A stretch of DNA of 43,701 nucleotides. It comes from Candidatus Methylomirabilota bacterium (GTDB taxonomy: Bacteria > Methylomirabilota > Methylomirabilia > Rokubacteriales > CSP1-6). The DNA is taken from contig JBKPAK010000108.1 of assembly GCA_046726415.1 (NCBI GenBank), positions 1-43,701 on the forward strand, read 5' to 3'. The notes under the pieces were generated by a model. The model did no database searches. It saw only the letters and a list, made by a program, of their open reading frames with translations, and was not told the origin of the DNA. The position numbers were made by a program, and so were the translations under genes. Numbering within the stretch: position 1 is the stretch's first letter; every line of letters begins with the position of its first letter. This document shows positions 26,225 through 35,532 of the stretch, piece after piece.

Positions 26225-27454
26225 CTATTCGCGGACGCCGAGCCAGTGGGTCGTGGCGTCGGACTTGCCGGAATCCGCGGCACTGTAACACATGTCGGTC
26301 GCCTTGTAGACGTCCTCCAGGGTCACTTCACGCCCGCCCAGGCCCGAGATGAAGCTGAGGAGCGGTGGCCGCCGGTCGGCGTTGTACAGGGCGGCCCGGA
26401 TCTCGTTGGCCACCACGCCGGAGCCGAAGGGCGACCCAAACGAGTAGTCGCGGTCGATGACACCGATGGCCTTGCCCTTCGAGAGCGCGGCCACCAGCTT
26501 CTCCGTCGGGAATGGCCGGAACCAGCGGAGCCGAACCAGTCCAACTTTCTTCCCCTGGGCGCGCATGTTGCGGATCCCCACCTTGATGGGCAGCGAGATG
26601 GTGCCCATCCCCACCAGGATGATGTCGGCATCGTCGGTCATGTACTCCTCGAACCACGGGTTCTCGGGTCCGCGGCCGAAGACGCGCCGAAAGTCGGCGT
26701 AGACTTCTTCGATGACAGAATACGCGCGCTTCATGGCTTCGTTGTTCTGGCGCCGAATCTCGATGACCCAGTCCTCGTTCGCCTGCGGGGCGACCGTGAT
26801 GGGGTTGTCGGGATGCAGGAGTAGGTCCCCGCGATTGTAGCGGGGCAGAAACGCATCCACCTTCTGCTTCGACGGCACCAGAGTGATCGCCTGCGAGTGG
26901 GTGAGGAACGCGCCGTCGGCCGAGATGGCGAGGGGTAGAAAGACGCGGCGATCCTCGGCCACGCGGTAGGCGATCAGGGTCGTATCCAGCGCCTCCTGCG
27001 AGGTGTCGATCCAGACCAGCATCCAGCCGAGATCGCGCACGAAAAGCGCATCGTTGTGCTCGACGCCGAACGCCCCCGGGTCATCCAGAGCCCGGTTGCC
27101 CACGAGGGTCACCATGGGGACCCGCAAGGGTGGCGTGACCACCAGGCACTCCATGGCATACGCCCAGCCCACGCCGGATGAGCCGCAGAAGACCCGCGCC
27201 CCCACGGTCGAGGCGTGCTTGACGATCTCGAATTGGCTGTGCTCACCCTCGGCCACGATGTACTCGGCCACGAGCTGGCCGCTGGAGATCTTCTTGGCGA
27301 TCGCCTGCATGACCGTGTCGTATGGCCGGATCGGATAGGCCGTGACCACGTCCAGGTCGGCTAGGGTGAGCGCCTCGGCCACCGCCTCGCTGCCGGAGAT
27401 GAGCAGCTCTTTGTCCTCGCTGACGGCCGGAACCGTCGCTGTGGTAACCGCCAT
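26225..27454 (-). CDS. oorA: 2-oxoacid:ferredoxin oxidoreductase alpha subunit, oxalate oxidoreductase-like (YPIRP)
   Basis: SGSEAVA, YPIRPY (27323-27337) in place of PFOR YPITP, EGEHS, GNRALD, FRPFP and GLGGRE. Confidence 0.8.
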   Translation of the reverse strand: MAVTTATVPAVSEDKELLISGSEAVAEALTLADLDVVTAYPIRPYDTVMQAIAKKISSGQLVAEYIVAEGEHSQFEIVKHASTVGARVFCGSSGVGWAYAMECLVVTPPLRVPMVTLVGNRALDDPGAFGVEHNDALFVRDLGWMLVWIDTSQEALDTTLIAYRVAEDRRVFLPLAISADGAFLTHSQAITLVPSKQKVDAFLPRYNRGDLLLHPDNPITVAPQANEDWVIEIRRQNNEAMKRAYSVIEEVYADFRRVFGRGPENPWFEEYMTDDADIILVGMGTISLPIKVGIRNMRAQGKKVGLVRLRWFRPFPTEKLVAALSKGKAIGVIDRDYSFGSPFGSGVVANEIRAALYNADRRPPLLSFISGLGGREVTLEDVYKATDMCYSAADSGKSDATTHWLGVRE

Positions 27455-27469
27455 GCCCGTTCCCCTCCC

Positions 27470-28678
27470 CTACACTGTCTTGTGCTTGGCGTTCTCGCCG
27501 GGAATGCCGGCGGTAATCTCGACGCCACCGGTGTCGAGGTCCGCCACTAGCTCCTGCTCGTACTGGCCTCGGAAGCGGAAACCGTGCGAGCGCGCCGTCG
27601 CCTTCTTGTCGGAGATCTTGTCGATCAGCCAGGTCTTATAGACCCCTTTGTCCTGGCGCCACATCTCCCACTGGCTGGCGTTGTCGTCGAAGAGCGACTC
27701 GTTGACCATGGTGATGCAGTGCTCCACGGGACAGACCGCCTCGCACACGCCGCAGCCGCAACAGGCCTCCATGTTGGCGTCGAAGGTGGCATCGGGCATG
27801 ACGTCGAAGCATGAGTCTGGGCAGGCGATCCAGCACAGATTGCACTTGACGCAGGTGTCGAAGTCGATCACCGGCCGCATCGTCCGCGTGGTGTACTTCT
27901 TGAAGTACGGGTTGCGCTCGGGCACGTAGCCCTTGCCTTCCTCCTTCGGCTTGCCGATGGGGATGGCGGGGATCGTGACGCCCTCCCGCATCTCCCACCA
28001 CTTGGGCATCTCGAAGGAGAACGGAACCTCGTCGTTGCCCTCGGTCATCGTCACCCCGCGCGTCTCCAGCCGGTCGTAGGCCTTGCGCGCCGAAGCGACC
28101 TTCAGGTCCGAGCCCCACTCGGTCTCCTTGACGGCCTGACATACGGCGTCGAGGCTAAGGAAGTCGGGCGCGATGCGGGCGAGGGCGCCGAGGATCCGCA
28201 CTTCCGTGTGATCCTCTCGGTACACCCAGAGGCCGGAGAAGGACGCCTTGGCGCGGATGAGGCTCAACTTCCAGGGCGCATCCTTCTTGTGGATGTCCTC
28301 GAGCAGGCTCTCGAACGATTGCAGGGACGTCATGAGGACCGTCCCGTTGGACACGGTCAGCCGGTTGATCGGCTGCAACCCGTACCAGGCCCACGATTCC
28401 ACGCCCTTGGACAGGGTATCGTCCACGCAGATGGTGACATCGGTGTGCTTGGGCTCGTAGCGCGCCATGTTCTGTTCGAGCTCTTCCTTGCTGTCGGCCA
28501 CGATCGCGAAGTCCTTGGCGGGAATCCCGTTCCGTTGCGGGCTGTCCCCATAACGGCCAAAGGCGATGCCCCATCGCCCCGCTTTCCGGGCCGATAGCAC
28601 GATGCCGCGGGTGATGCGCGCGGCCAGGTTCTTCTGGAAAATCCCGCGGTAGACCACTTCGCAGATCAGGGCAGACAT
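27470..28678 (-). CDS. oorD: 2-oxoacid:ferredoxin oxidoreductase fused gamma/delta subunit with 2x[4Fe-4S]
   Basis: Divergent gamma-like N-terminus ([12 protein letters not shown]) and a ferredoxin domain RTMRPV...[12 protein letters not shown]...[12 protein letters not shown]. Confidence 0.75.
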   Translation of the reverse strand: MSALICEVVYRGIFQKNLAARITRGIVLSARKAGRWGIAFGRYGDSPQRNGIPAKDFAIVADSKEELEQNMARYEPKHTDVTICVDDTLSKGVESWAWYGLQPINRLTVSNGTVLMTSLQSFESLLEDIHKKDAPWKLSLIRAKASFSGLWVYREDHTEVRILGALARIAPDFLSLDAVCQAVKETEWGSDLKVASARKAYDRLETRGVTMTEGNDEVPFSFEMPKWWEMREGVTIPAIPIGKPKEEGKGYVPERNPYFKKYTTRTMRPVIDFDTCVKCNLCWIACPDSCFDVMPDATFDANMEACCGCGVCEAVCPVEHCITMVNESLFDDNASQWEMWRQDKGVYKTWLIDKISDKKATARSHGFRFRGQYEQELVADLDTGGVEITAGIPGENAKHKTV

Positions 28679-28712
28679 GCGGTCCCTCCTCGTCTCAAGC
28701 CAGATGCGGACT

Positions 28713-28763
28713 TCTGGTCGGATGGTCCGACCAGAGGGTACCCGACGCTCTCGGATGATTCAA
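28713..28763 (-). promoter_or_regulatory. Promoter of the oor-tct operon with adjacent FadR-type operator
   Basis: Minus strand TTGAAT (28758-28763), 17-nt spacer, TACCCT (28735-28740). Inverted repeat TCTGGTCGGA-TGG-TCCGACCAGA (28713-28735) contains TGGTCCGACCA. Confidence 0.75.
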
Positions 28764-28837
28764 GGGCCATCGGTGAATTGATGAACGGGCGTACATTGGC
28801 GGTCTCGGCGAAATCTGGGGGGGCGCGGAGGGCTGCC

Positions 28838-29254
28838 ATGGGAATTCTGAAAGAGTTCCGTGAGTTCGCGGTCAAGGGGAGCGTGGTGGACCTGGCCGTC
28901 GGCATCATCATCGGAGCCGCGTTTGGCAAGATCGTCAACTCCCTGGTGACCGATGTGATCATGCCGCCGATTGGCCTTCTCCTCGGAGGCGTCGATTTCT
29001 CGAGCTTTGCCCTGACCCTCAAGCCCGCCTCCGTCGACTCGGCCGGGAAGGCCGTGCCGGCCGTCCTCCTGAAATACGGTCTCTTCGTCAACACCGTCAT
29101 CGAGTTCGCCGTCGTAGCCTTTGCCGTCTTCCTGCTGGTGAAGGCGATCAACGCGGCTCGCCGCGAGCAGGCGCCGCCTCCGCCCGCCCCCCCTCGCGGG
29201 GAAGTGCTGCTCGGAGAAATACGCGATCTGCTGAAGGCCCAAACCAAGAGGTAG
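28838..29254 (+). CDS. mscL: Large-conductance mechanosensitive channel
   Basis: [37 protein letters not shown] and [10 protein letters not shown]. Confidence 0.97.
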   Translation: MGILKEFREFAVKGSVVDLAVGIIIGAAFGKIVNSLVTDVIMPPIGLLLGGVDFSSFALTLKPASVDSAGKAVPAVLLKYGLFVNTVIEFAVVAFAVFLLVKAINAARREQAPPPPAPPRGEVLLGEIRDLLKAQTKR

Positions 29255-29301
29255 GGTCAGGAGCATCGAGGAGCGCCACGTCGACAAGCGCGGGGGCATC
29301 G

Positions 29302-29371
29302 CGGGGCGCCACGGCTCCGCAGTGGCGCCCCGAGCGTCGGGGGGCTTGGGGGGCCCTTTCCAGGCCCCCCA
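29302..29371. repeat. Two GC-rich palindromes between convergent genes (REP-like or terminator)
   Basis: CGGGGCGCCAC/GTGGCGCCCCG (29302-29332) and TGGGGGGCC/GGCCCCCCA (29347-29371). Confidence 0.55.
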
Positions 29372-29376
29372 TCTCA

Positions 29377-30168
29377 TTAACTCACGCGTCCGAGGAAGGT
29401 CGTGATGGCGCGCGTGAACGCGTCGGGCTGCTCCAAGTTGGAGAGATGCGAGGCGGACTTGAGGATGACCAGTTCTGAGCCGCCAATCTTCTCGTGCATG
29501 GTCCGCGAAGCCGCGACCGGTGTGCCCTGATCCTCTTCGCCCACCACGATCAGGGTCGGCACCTTGATCGCGGAGATCTTCTCCGTGAGGTCCAAGGCCG
29601 AGATGGCGTGGCAGCAACCGGCATAGCCGGCCGGTTTGGTGGCGCGGATCATGGCCCGCACACGGTCCACCACATCCTTCCGCGCGGTGACGAACGGCGC
29701 GGTGAACCAGCGGCCGATGGTCGGCTCGACCAGTGGCTCCATTCCCTGCGTCTCTGCCGTCTTGATGCGCTCGCCCCACAGGGGCTTCGCCTCGGCGGGA
29801 ATCCGGCTCGAGGTGTCGCAAAGAGTCAGGCTCGCACAGAAGGCGGACGACGAAAGCGCGAGTGTCTGCCCGATCATACCCCCCATTGAGAGCCCGATCC
29901 AATGGGTGCGGCTGATGCCGAGGACCTCCAACAGGGCGCGAGCGTCCTGCGCCAACTGGTCGAGCGAGTAGCCGCCGGGCGGCGCATCGGTGCCCCCGTG
30001 GCCACGCGTGTCGTACCGCAGCACCCGATAGCGCGCGGTGAGAGCGGCCATCTGGGAGTCCCACATGGACAGATCGGCCGCCAGCGAGTGGCTCAGGGTG
30101 ACCACCGGAGCGTTCGCGGGACCGTCCAAGGTGTAGTTAACGGTGATGCCGTTGGCGCTGGTCTTCAT
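29377..30168 (-). CDS. Alpha/beta hydrolase, 3-oxoadipate enol-lactonase (PcaD/CatD)-like
   Basis: SHSLAADLSMWD, RYDTRGHG, GLSMGG nucleophile elbow and HLSNLEQP. ATG at 30168. Confidence 0.88.
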   Translation of the reverse strand: MKTSANGITVNYTLDGPANAPVVTLSHSLAADLSMWDSQMAALTARYRVLRYDTRGHGGTDAPPGGYSLDQLAQDARALLEVLGISRTHWIGLSMGGMIGQTLALSSSAFCASLTLCDTSSRIPAEAKPLWGERIKTAETQGMEPLVEPTIGRWFTAPFVTARKDVVDRVRAMIRATKPAGYAGCCHAISALDLTEKISAIKVPTLIVVGEEDQGTPVAASRTMHEKIGGSELVILKSASHLSNLEQPDAFTRAITTFLGRVS

Positions 30169-30181
30169 GCCTGCCTCCCTC

Positions 30182-30823
30182 TCATGCGCGGGGAGTGCCC
30201 ACGCGCTCGCGTTCGAAGTCGATGGTCCACTCCAGCGCCTCGGCCGCTCGCACATCGGCGGGCCGTCCGCGCTGCTTCAGATGCTCGATCACCCGTCGCC
30301 GCGCCGTCTCAGGGCGATTCTGCCCCAACTTGAACTTGGCGCGCACGCATGTCACGTCCAGCCGGACGGCGGCGAGTTGTCCGAGCGCGCCTCGATAGAG
30401 CGGATCGTCCGGGCTCAGGGGCCGGAATCCTCCCTCGGGCTGGTAGCGCGCCAAGAGACGCCGCTGCTGCGCGGCGACAGCCGCTGGATCCTCCACGATC
30501 GTCGCCTGCGACTCGAAGATCGCCGTGCGGTGATAGGCCGTGGCCGATCCTGCGTACTCCGGATGGACCCAGTAGGATGGAATCACCGCGAGGACTTCAT
30601 CGACCTCGAGCACGCACCGCGGACGGGCCTTGAGATCAGCCACCTGCTCATCGGTCTTCACCAGGTGAAGGTCGAAGCTCACCGCGTCGCACACGAATGG
30701 ATAGAGACCGATGTGAGGTGTGCCGTCATCGCCGACGGTGACCAGCCGAGCGAGCTCCTGGCCGTCGACGAGGCGGTCGATCTCCGCTCGGGGAATCTCC
30801 GAGTAGTAGTCGTGGAAGATCAT
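30182..30823 (-). CDS. FMN-binding split-barrel protein (PaiB-like)
   Basis: LARLVT...PHIGLYPF, IPSYW and AKFKLGQNR. ATG at 30823. Confidence 0.75.
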   Translation of the reverse strand: MIFHDYYSEIPRAEIDRLVDGQELARLVTVGDDGTPHIGLYPFVCDAVSFDLHLVKTDEQVADLKARPRCVLEVDEVLAVIPSYWVHPEYAGSATAYHRTAIFESQATIVEDPAAVAAQQRRLLARYQPEGGFRPLSPDDPLYRGALGQLAAVRLDVTCVRAKFKLGQNRPETARRRVIEHLKQRGRPADVRAAEALEWTIDFERERVGTPRA

Positions 30824-30858
30824 GAGGTCTCCGAGGAGTAGCCGTGGAAGATCATGAG
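30796..30858. repeat. 31-bp tandem duplication (period 32, 2 mismatches) of the PaiB-like gene start
   Basis: TCTCCGAGTAGTAGTCGTGGAAGATCATGAG (30796-30826) versus TCTCCGAGGAGTAGCCGTGGAAGATCATGAG (30828-30858). Confidence 0.9.
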
Positions 30859-31484
30859 ACCCTCGCGCTGGCCGCGGCCCCTCGTCGAGCGCGCCGGCTC
30901 TGGGCCACCATCTCGCAAAAGTAGCGATGCACGGTCGGATCATCGGTCAGCTCGGGGTGGAAGGTGGCCACCAGGATGTTGCCCTCCCGTGCCATCACCG
31001 GCTCGCCGTGGCGACTCGCCAGCACTTCCACCTCGTGGCCGAGCCGCCGGATGCGCGGCGCGCGGATGTAGACCATCTCGATGGGCACCGTCCGGCCGTT
31101 CAGGGTGGCCATCCCCTGCTCCTCGAACGACTCGCGCTGGCGACCGTAGGCATTGCGCTCCACAGTAGCGTCGATGAAGCCGAGCGAGAACTGATGGGGA
31201 TTCTGCACCTCGGCGGCGAGGAGGATCAGACCCGCACAGGTGCCGAAGATGGGCCGCTCGGCCCGTCGGAAGCCTCTCAGCGCCGGCGCGAAGTCCCACT
31301 CGTCCAGAAGCTTGAGCAGCGTGGTGCTCTCGCCGCCCGGAATGATGAGCCCATCCAGGCCCGCCAGTTCCTCGGGCTTGCGGACTTCCACCCACTGGGC
31401 GCCACAGCGCTCCAGAGCCTTGCGGTGCAGATGGAAGTCGCCCTGGAGCGCGAGGACGCCGATCTTCAGCGGCTCACCAGCCAC
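30852..31484 (-). CDS. pdxT: PLP synthase glutaminase subunit
   Basis: [35 protein letters not shown] and FHPEL. Probable GTG at 31484. Confidence 0.95.
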   Translation of the reverse strand: MAGEPLKIGVLALQGDFHLHRKALERCGAQWVEVRKPEELAGLDGLIIPGGESTTLLKLLDEWDFAPALRGFRRAERPIFGTCAGLILLAAEVQNPHQFSLGFIDATVERNAYGRQRESFEEQGMATLNGRTVPIEMVYIRAPRIRRLGHEVEVLASRHGEPVMAREGNILVATFHPELTDDPTVHRYFCEMVAQSRRARRGAAASARVS

Positions 31485-32370
31485 GGGTCTGTAGCAACTC
31501 GTCCTTGGCCATCTTGGCCACGTCGAGCCCGGGCATGGCATCCCCCAGCTCCTCGCTCACCCGAGCGAGGACGTCGGCATCCTTGTAGTGGGTGGTGGCC
31601 TGCACGATGGCCTTGGCCCGCTTCGGTGGATCCGACGACTTGAAGATGCCCGAGCCGACGAAGACAGCCTCGGCGCCGAGCTGCATCATGAGGGCGGCGT
31701 CGGCGGGCGTGGCAATGCCCCCGGCGGAGAAGTTCGGTACCGGCAGCCGCCCCGCCTTGGCGACCCAGCGCATCAGCTCGATGGGCGCGCCCAGGTTCTT
31801 GGCTTCCGTCATCAGCTCTTCCGGGGCCAGCGTCGTGAGTCGCCGGATGCCGCCCACCACCGCGCGCATGTGGCGGACCGCCTCCACGATGTTGCCGGAA
31901 CCCGCCTCGCCCTTGGTCCGGATCATGGCCGCGCCCTCCCCGATGCGACGCAACGCCTCGCCGAGGTCGCGCGCCCCGCACACGAACGGGATGCGAAAGG
32001 CGAACTTGTCGATGTGGAAGTGCTCGTCGGCCGGGGTGAGAACCTCGGATTCGTCGATGAAGTCGACGCCGAGCGACTCCAGAATCTGCGCCTCCACGAA
32101 GTGACCGATGCGCGCCTTGGCCATCACGGGGATGGTGACGCCCTTCTGGATCTCGCGGATCTTGGCCACCGAGGCCATGCGCGCCACGCCGCCCTCCTTG
32201 CGGATGTCCGCGGGCACGCGTTCGAGCGCCATCACCGAGGTCGCTCCCGCGTCCTCGGCGATCTTGGCCTGCTCGGCGTTGGTAACGTCCATGATGACGC
32301 CGCCCTTCAGCATCTCGGCGAGGCCGATATGCTTGCGGTCGGCAATGTGCAGTCCGTCTAATTCCGTCAT
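31474..32370 (-). CDS. pdxS: PLP synthase lyase subunit
   Basis: [39 protein letters not shown] and FVGSGIFKS. Confidence 0.97.
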   Translation of the reverse strand: MTELDGLHIADRKHIGLAEMLKGGVIMDVTNAEQAKIAEDAGATSVMALERVPADIRKEGGVARMASVAKIREIQKGVTIPVMAKARIGHFVEAQILESLGVDFIDESEVLTPADEHFHIDKFAFRIPFVCGARDLGEALRRIGEGAAMIRTKGEAGSGNIVEAVRHMRAVVGGIRRLTTLAPEELMTEAKNLGAPIELMRWVAKAGRLPVPNFSAGGIATPADAALMMQLGAEAVFVGSGIFKSSDPPKRAKAIVQATTHYKDADVLARVSEELGDAMPGLDVAKMAKDELLQTRGW

Positions 32371-32392
32371 GGTCTTCTCCTTTCGGGATTCG

Positions 32393-33931
32393 TTACACCA
32401 CCGGCACGGGAACGCCCGCCGCCGCCCGGCGTCCGACCGGGCGCCGAAGCGCGGCGCGAATCGCCTCGGCCAGCCGGCGCACTCCCTCGTCGATGCGGCT
32501 GGCCGGGACCGACGAGAAGGACAGACGCACCGTCTGCTCGCCACCGCCATCGACGAAGAACGACTCGCCCGGCGTGAAGGCCACCCCGCGCTCGATGGCG
32601 GTCGGCAGGAAGGCGCTGGCGCGGAACCCGGAGGGAAGGGTGAGCAGCAGCGAGAAGCCGCCCCGCGGCTCCGTCCAGCTCGTGCCCTCGGGCAGGCGCC
32701 GCCTCAGCGCGGCCACCAGAAGATCCCGCCGTCGCCCGTATTCGCGAGCGACCCGCGCCACGTGGCGATCGAGGAGCCGCCGGTCACAGAAGCGGTACAC
32801 GGCGGCCTGGATGAGCGCGCTCGTATGAAGATCGGCGAGCTGCTTGGCGGCCTGGAGCCGCTCGTGGATGGCGGCGGGGGCCACGATCCAGCCGAGCCGC
32901 AGCCCGGGGAACAGGATCTTCGAGAACGTGCCGATGTAAATCACCACGCCGTGGCGGTCGCTGGCTTTGAGCGGTGCGGTCGGGCGCGGACCGTAGTACA
33001 GACTTCCGTCGAACCCGTCCTCGACGATGGGGACCTGGCGCTGCGCCGCCGTGGTCAGGAGGCGATGGCCGGCCTCCCGCGTGATGGCGAGTCCGGTGGG
33101 ATTGTGGGCGTTGGGCTGGCAGTAGAACAGCTTGGGTGAGTGACGCTCCAAGAGCCGCTCGAGCACCTCAGCCCGCGGCCCCTCCCCGTCCCACGGCACC
33201 GCGAGCAGCTGAGCGCCGAACGACCGGAAGACCTGCAGGGCGCGCGGATACGTGGGCTGCTCGATGGCGATCACGTCTCCGGGGTCGATGAGGGTGCGCG
33301 CGATGAGGTCGAAGCCTTGCTGCGATCCGTTTACGATGAGGATCTCCTCCGGACGCGCCTCGATGCCGACGCGCAGGAGGTAGGCGCTGAGATAGCGGCG
33401 AAGTGGCGGGTAGCCCCCTGCGGGGTAATACTGGAGCAGCGACTCGCCCTCGTCGCGGATGACCCCATTGAGGACCCGCCGGAACGCATCGGTGGGGAAA
33501 AGCCCGCTATCGGGCATGCCCCCGGCGAACGAGATGACGTCCCCGTCGAGGGCCGCTGGCACGCCGTGACTCCGCCGGCGTTCCTCGTCGGCTCCGATGA
33601 TCTGGGCGCTGCGCGAGAAGAGGCCGGACCAGTCGATGGGGGTCGCGCTCCGCGCACGGCTGGGCGGGGTCGGCGCCCCGTCCATCCGTTCGGCGACGAA
33701 GGTGCCTTGTCCCACGTGGGCGCGCGCCAGCCCGGCCGCCACGAGCTCTTCGTAGGCCAGCGACACGGTAGCCCGGTTCACTCCAAGCGCCCCCGCCAAC
33801 TCCCGGGTGGCGGGCAGTTTCACCCCGGGCGCGAGGAGGCGCTCCTGGATGAGCCGCTCGATCTGCTCCTCGATCTGGCGGGCCAGCGGCACCGGCCGGC
33901 TCCGGTCGAGCTGAATGTTCATCCGTGCCAT
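32393..33931 (-). CDS. pdxR: MocR/GabR-family regulator (GntR HTH plus PLP aminotransferase domain), PdxR-like
   Basis: KLPATRELA...[20 protein letters not shown] and [15 protein letters not shown]. Directly upstream of pdxST. Start at 33931 or 33922. Confidence 0.85.
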   Translation of the reverse strand: MARMNIQLDRSRPVPLARQIEEQIERLIQERLLAPGVKLPATRELAGALGVNRATVSLAYEELVAAGLARAHVGQGTFVAERMDGAPTPPSRARSATPIDWSGLFSRSAQIIGADEERRRSHGVPAALDGDVISFAGGMPDSGLFPTDAFRRVLNGVIRDEGESLLQYYPAGGYPPLRRYLSAYLLRVGIEARPEEILIVNGSQQGFDLIARTLIDPGDVIAIEQPTYPRALQVFRSFGAQLLAVPWDGEGPRAEVLERLLERHSPKLFYCQPNAHNPTGLAITREAGHRLLTTAAQRQVPIVEDGFDGSLYYGPRPTAPLKASDRHGVVIYIGTFSKILFPGLRLGWIVAPAAIHERLQAAKQLADLHTSALIQAAVYRFCDRRLLDRHVARVAREYGRRRDLLVAALRRRLPEGTSWTEPRGGFSLLLTLPSGFRASAFLPTAIERGVAFTPGESFFVDGGGEQTVRLSFSSVPASRIDEGVRRLAEAIRAALRRPVGRRAAAGVPVPVV

Positions 33932-33951
33932 TCTTGCCTCATTTCGATCAC

Positions 33952-33990
33952 CGTCAAGCGCCAATTGGCGCGTCTGGGAACGGGCCAATG
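33952..33990 (-). promoter_or_regulatory. Putative pdxR -35 element and MocR-type operator repeats
   Basis: Minus-strand TTGACG (33952-33957) abutted by the perfect palindrome GCGCCAATTGGCGC (33958-33971), plus a further GCCAAT (33984-33989). Confidence 0.5.
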
Positions 33991-34132
33991 ATCGGGGACG
34001 GCGTGACAGGAGCGGCCGGGACACGGGCCGGTGCGGTCGCGGAGCCGAGCCGACGCTATAATGGCGGCGAATGGCCGGTCGCCGAAGAGGGGCCCGGCGC
34101 CGATCCCGCGGGGGCGCGAGGCGGAGGACGCG

Positions 34133-34309
34133 ATGAGTGCAGGCGAGGCGCCCGTGAAGCAGGCCATCAAATGGCTCGATGACCGGCTCCAGGACAACCC
34201 GCAGGCGGACCGCGCCAAGCTGGTCGACGAAGCCTCGCGTCGCTTCGACCTGTCTCCCCTGGATGCCGACTTCCTCTATCGCCACCTCGCCACGCGGCCC
34301 CGATCGTGA
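34133..34309 (+). CDS. Small helical hypothetical protein (58 aa)
   Basis: GGAGG RBS and upstream TATAAT (34057-34062). MSAGEAPVKQAIKWLDD...RFDLSPLDADFL. Stop overlaps the next gene (GTGA). Confidence 0.75.
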   Translation: MSAGEAPVKQAIKWLDDRLQDNPQADRAKLVDEASRRFDLSPLDADFLYRHLATRPRS

Positions 34310-35079
34310 CCGAAGGCCACGCGCGGCTGGTGCAGGAACAGTTCGGACGAAGCGCGGCTGACTATGTTGTGAGCACGGGACATGCCAGCGGCGCCGACCT
34401 GGACACGCTGGTCGCGTGGGGCCGAGCCCTCCGGCCGCGACGGGTCCTGGACGTGGCCACGGGGGGCGGCCACACCGCCCTCGCCTTTGCCGCCTTCGCC
34501 GAGCTGGTGGTCGGGTATGACCTCACCGCACCGATGTTGAATGCGGCCCGGCGCTTCGCGACCGAGCGCGGCGCCACCAACGTCGCCTTCGCCGCCGGTG
34601 ACGTGGAATCGCTGCCGTTCCACGACGCGTTCGATATCGTCACCTGCCGGATCGCCGCTCATCACTTCGCCAATGTGGGCCCGGCTGTCCGTCAGATGGC
34701 GCAGGCCCTGCGGCCCGGAGGGGCGCTCCTCCTCCAGGACATCGTCGGCCACGACGATCCGGCCGCCGCGGCCTTCATTCTGGAGGTGGAACGACGGCGT
34801 GATCCCTCTCACGTGCGGGCCTACCGGGCCGTGGAGTGGAAAGCGCTGCTGCGCGGCGCCGGCCTCACGATCATGGACGAAGCGCTGGTCAGCAAAGTCC
34901 GCCCGTGGAGAGAGTGGACGGGACGGATGCGAATGAGCCAGGACGCGCGCGCCGACCTCGAGCGCTTCGTACGCGAGAGCCCGGCCGCCCGCCGCGAGGC
35001 CTTCGCCTTCCGCCTGACCGGCGACGGCATCGACTGCTTCACGGACCGGATGATCCTGATCCGCGCCGACCGCGACTAG
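34306..35079 (+). CDS. Class I SAM-dependent methyltransferase
   Basis: VLDVATGGGHTA, GDVESLPF, FDIVTCRIAAHHF, LRPGG and RDPSHVR. Confidence 0.9.
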   Translation: MTEGHARLVQEQFGRSAADYVVSTGHASGADLDTLVAWGRALRPRRVLDVATGGGHTALAFAAFAELVVGYDLTAPMLNAARRFATERGATNVAFAAGDVESLPFHDAFDIVTCRIAAHHFANVGPAVRQMAQALRPGGALLLQDIVGHDDPAAAAFILEVERRRDPSHVRAYRAVEWKALLRGAGLTIMDEALVSKVRPWREWTGRMRMSQDARADLERFVRESPAARREAFAFRLTGDGIDCFTDRMILIRADRD

Positions 35080-35151
35080 CCGGCCGATGAAAAAGGGTCA
35101 TCGGCGTCGTTGGCTCGTCAGGTGCTCCCTAGGGCGTATGCGACATACGCC

Positions 35152-35439
35152 TCAGTCGCACCGCTCCTCGCGCAGGCGGACGATCGTCGCCCCCCACCCA
35201 CCGCGTTCCGGCGGGGCGTCGGCGTAGCTCGCCACCAGGGGATGGCGGGCCAGGAGGGCGTGCACGGAGGCTCGCTGCGCGCCAGTCCCCCGGCCGTGGA
35301 TCAGGCGGACCTCGCGATAGCCTCGCACCCGAGCCTCCTGCAAGTAGTCAGCGACGACAGAGCGAACATCGGCCGGCGCGAAGGCGTGCAGGTCGAGGGA
35401 ATCCTCGATGGGAATGCGGATGGGCTCGTCCGTCGCCAT
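35152..35439 (-). CDS. Stand-alone Smr (small MutS-related) domain protein
   Basis: LDLH, IHGRGTG and GGWGAT motifs. Confidence 0.9.
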   Translation of the reverse strand: MATDEPIRIPIEDSLDLHAFAPADVRSVVADYLQEARVRGYREVRLIHGRGTGAQRASVHALLARHPLVASYADAPPERGGWGATIVRLREERCD

Positions 35440-35532
35440 GCGCAGTCCTAACGCTCAGAAGCGCGGGCCGGCCATCACGTGCTTTTGCCAGTGCTCGAAG
35501 CTCAGGAGATCCTCCCCCGAGAACTTGCACTG

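Noticed and set aside
29377-30168. Assigning pcaD and an aromatic degradation pathway
   Set aside because: No other beta-ketoadipate genes are nearby and the family is broad, so the symbol was withheld.
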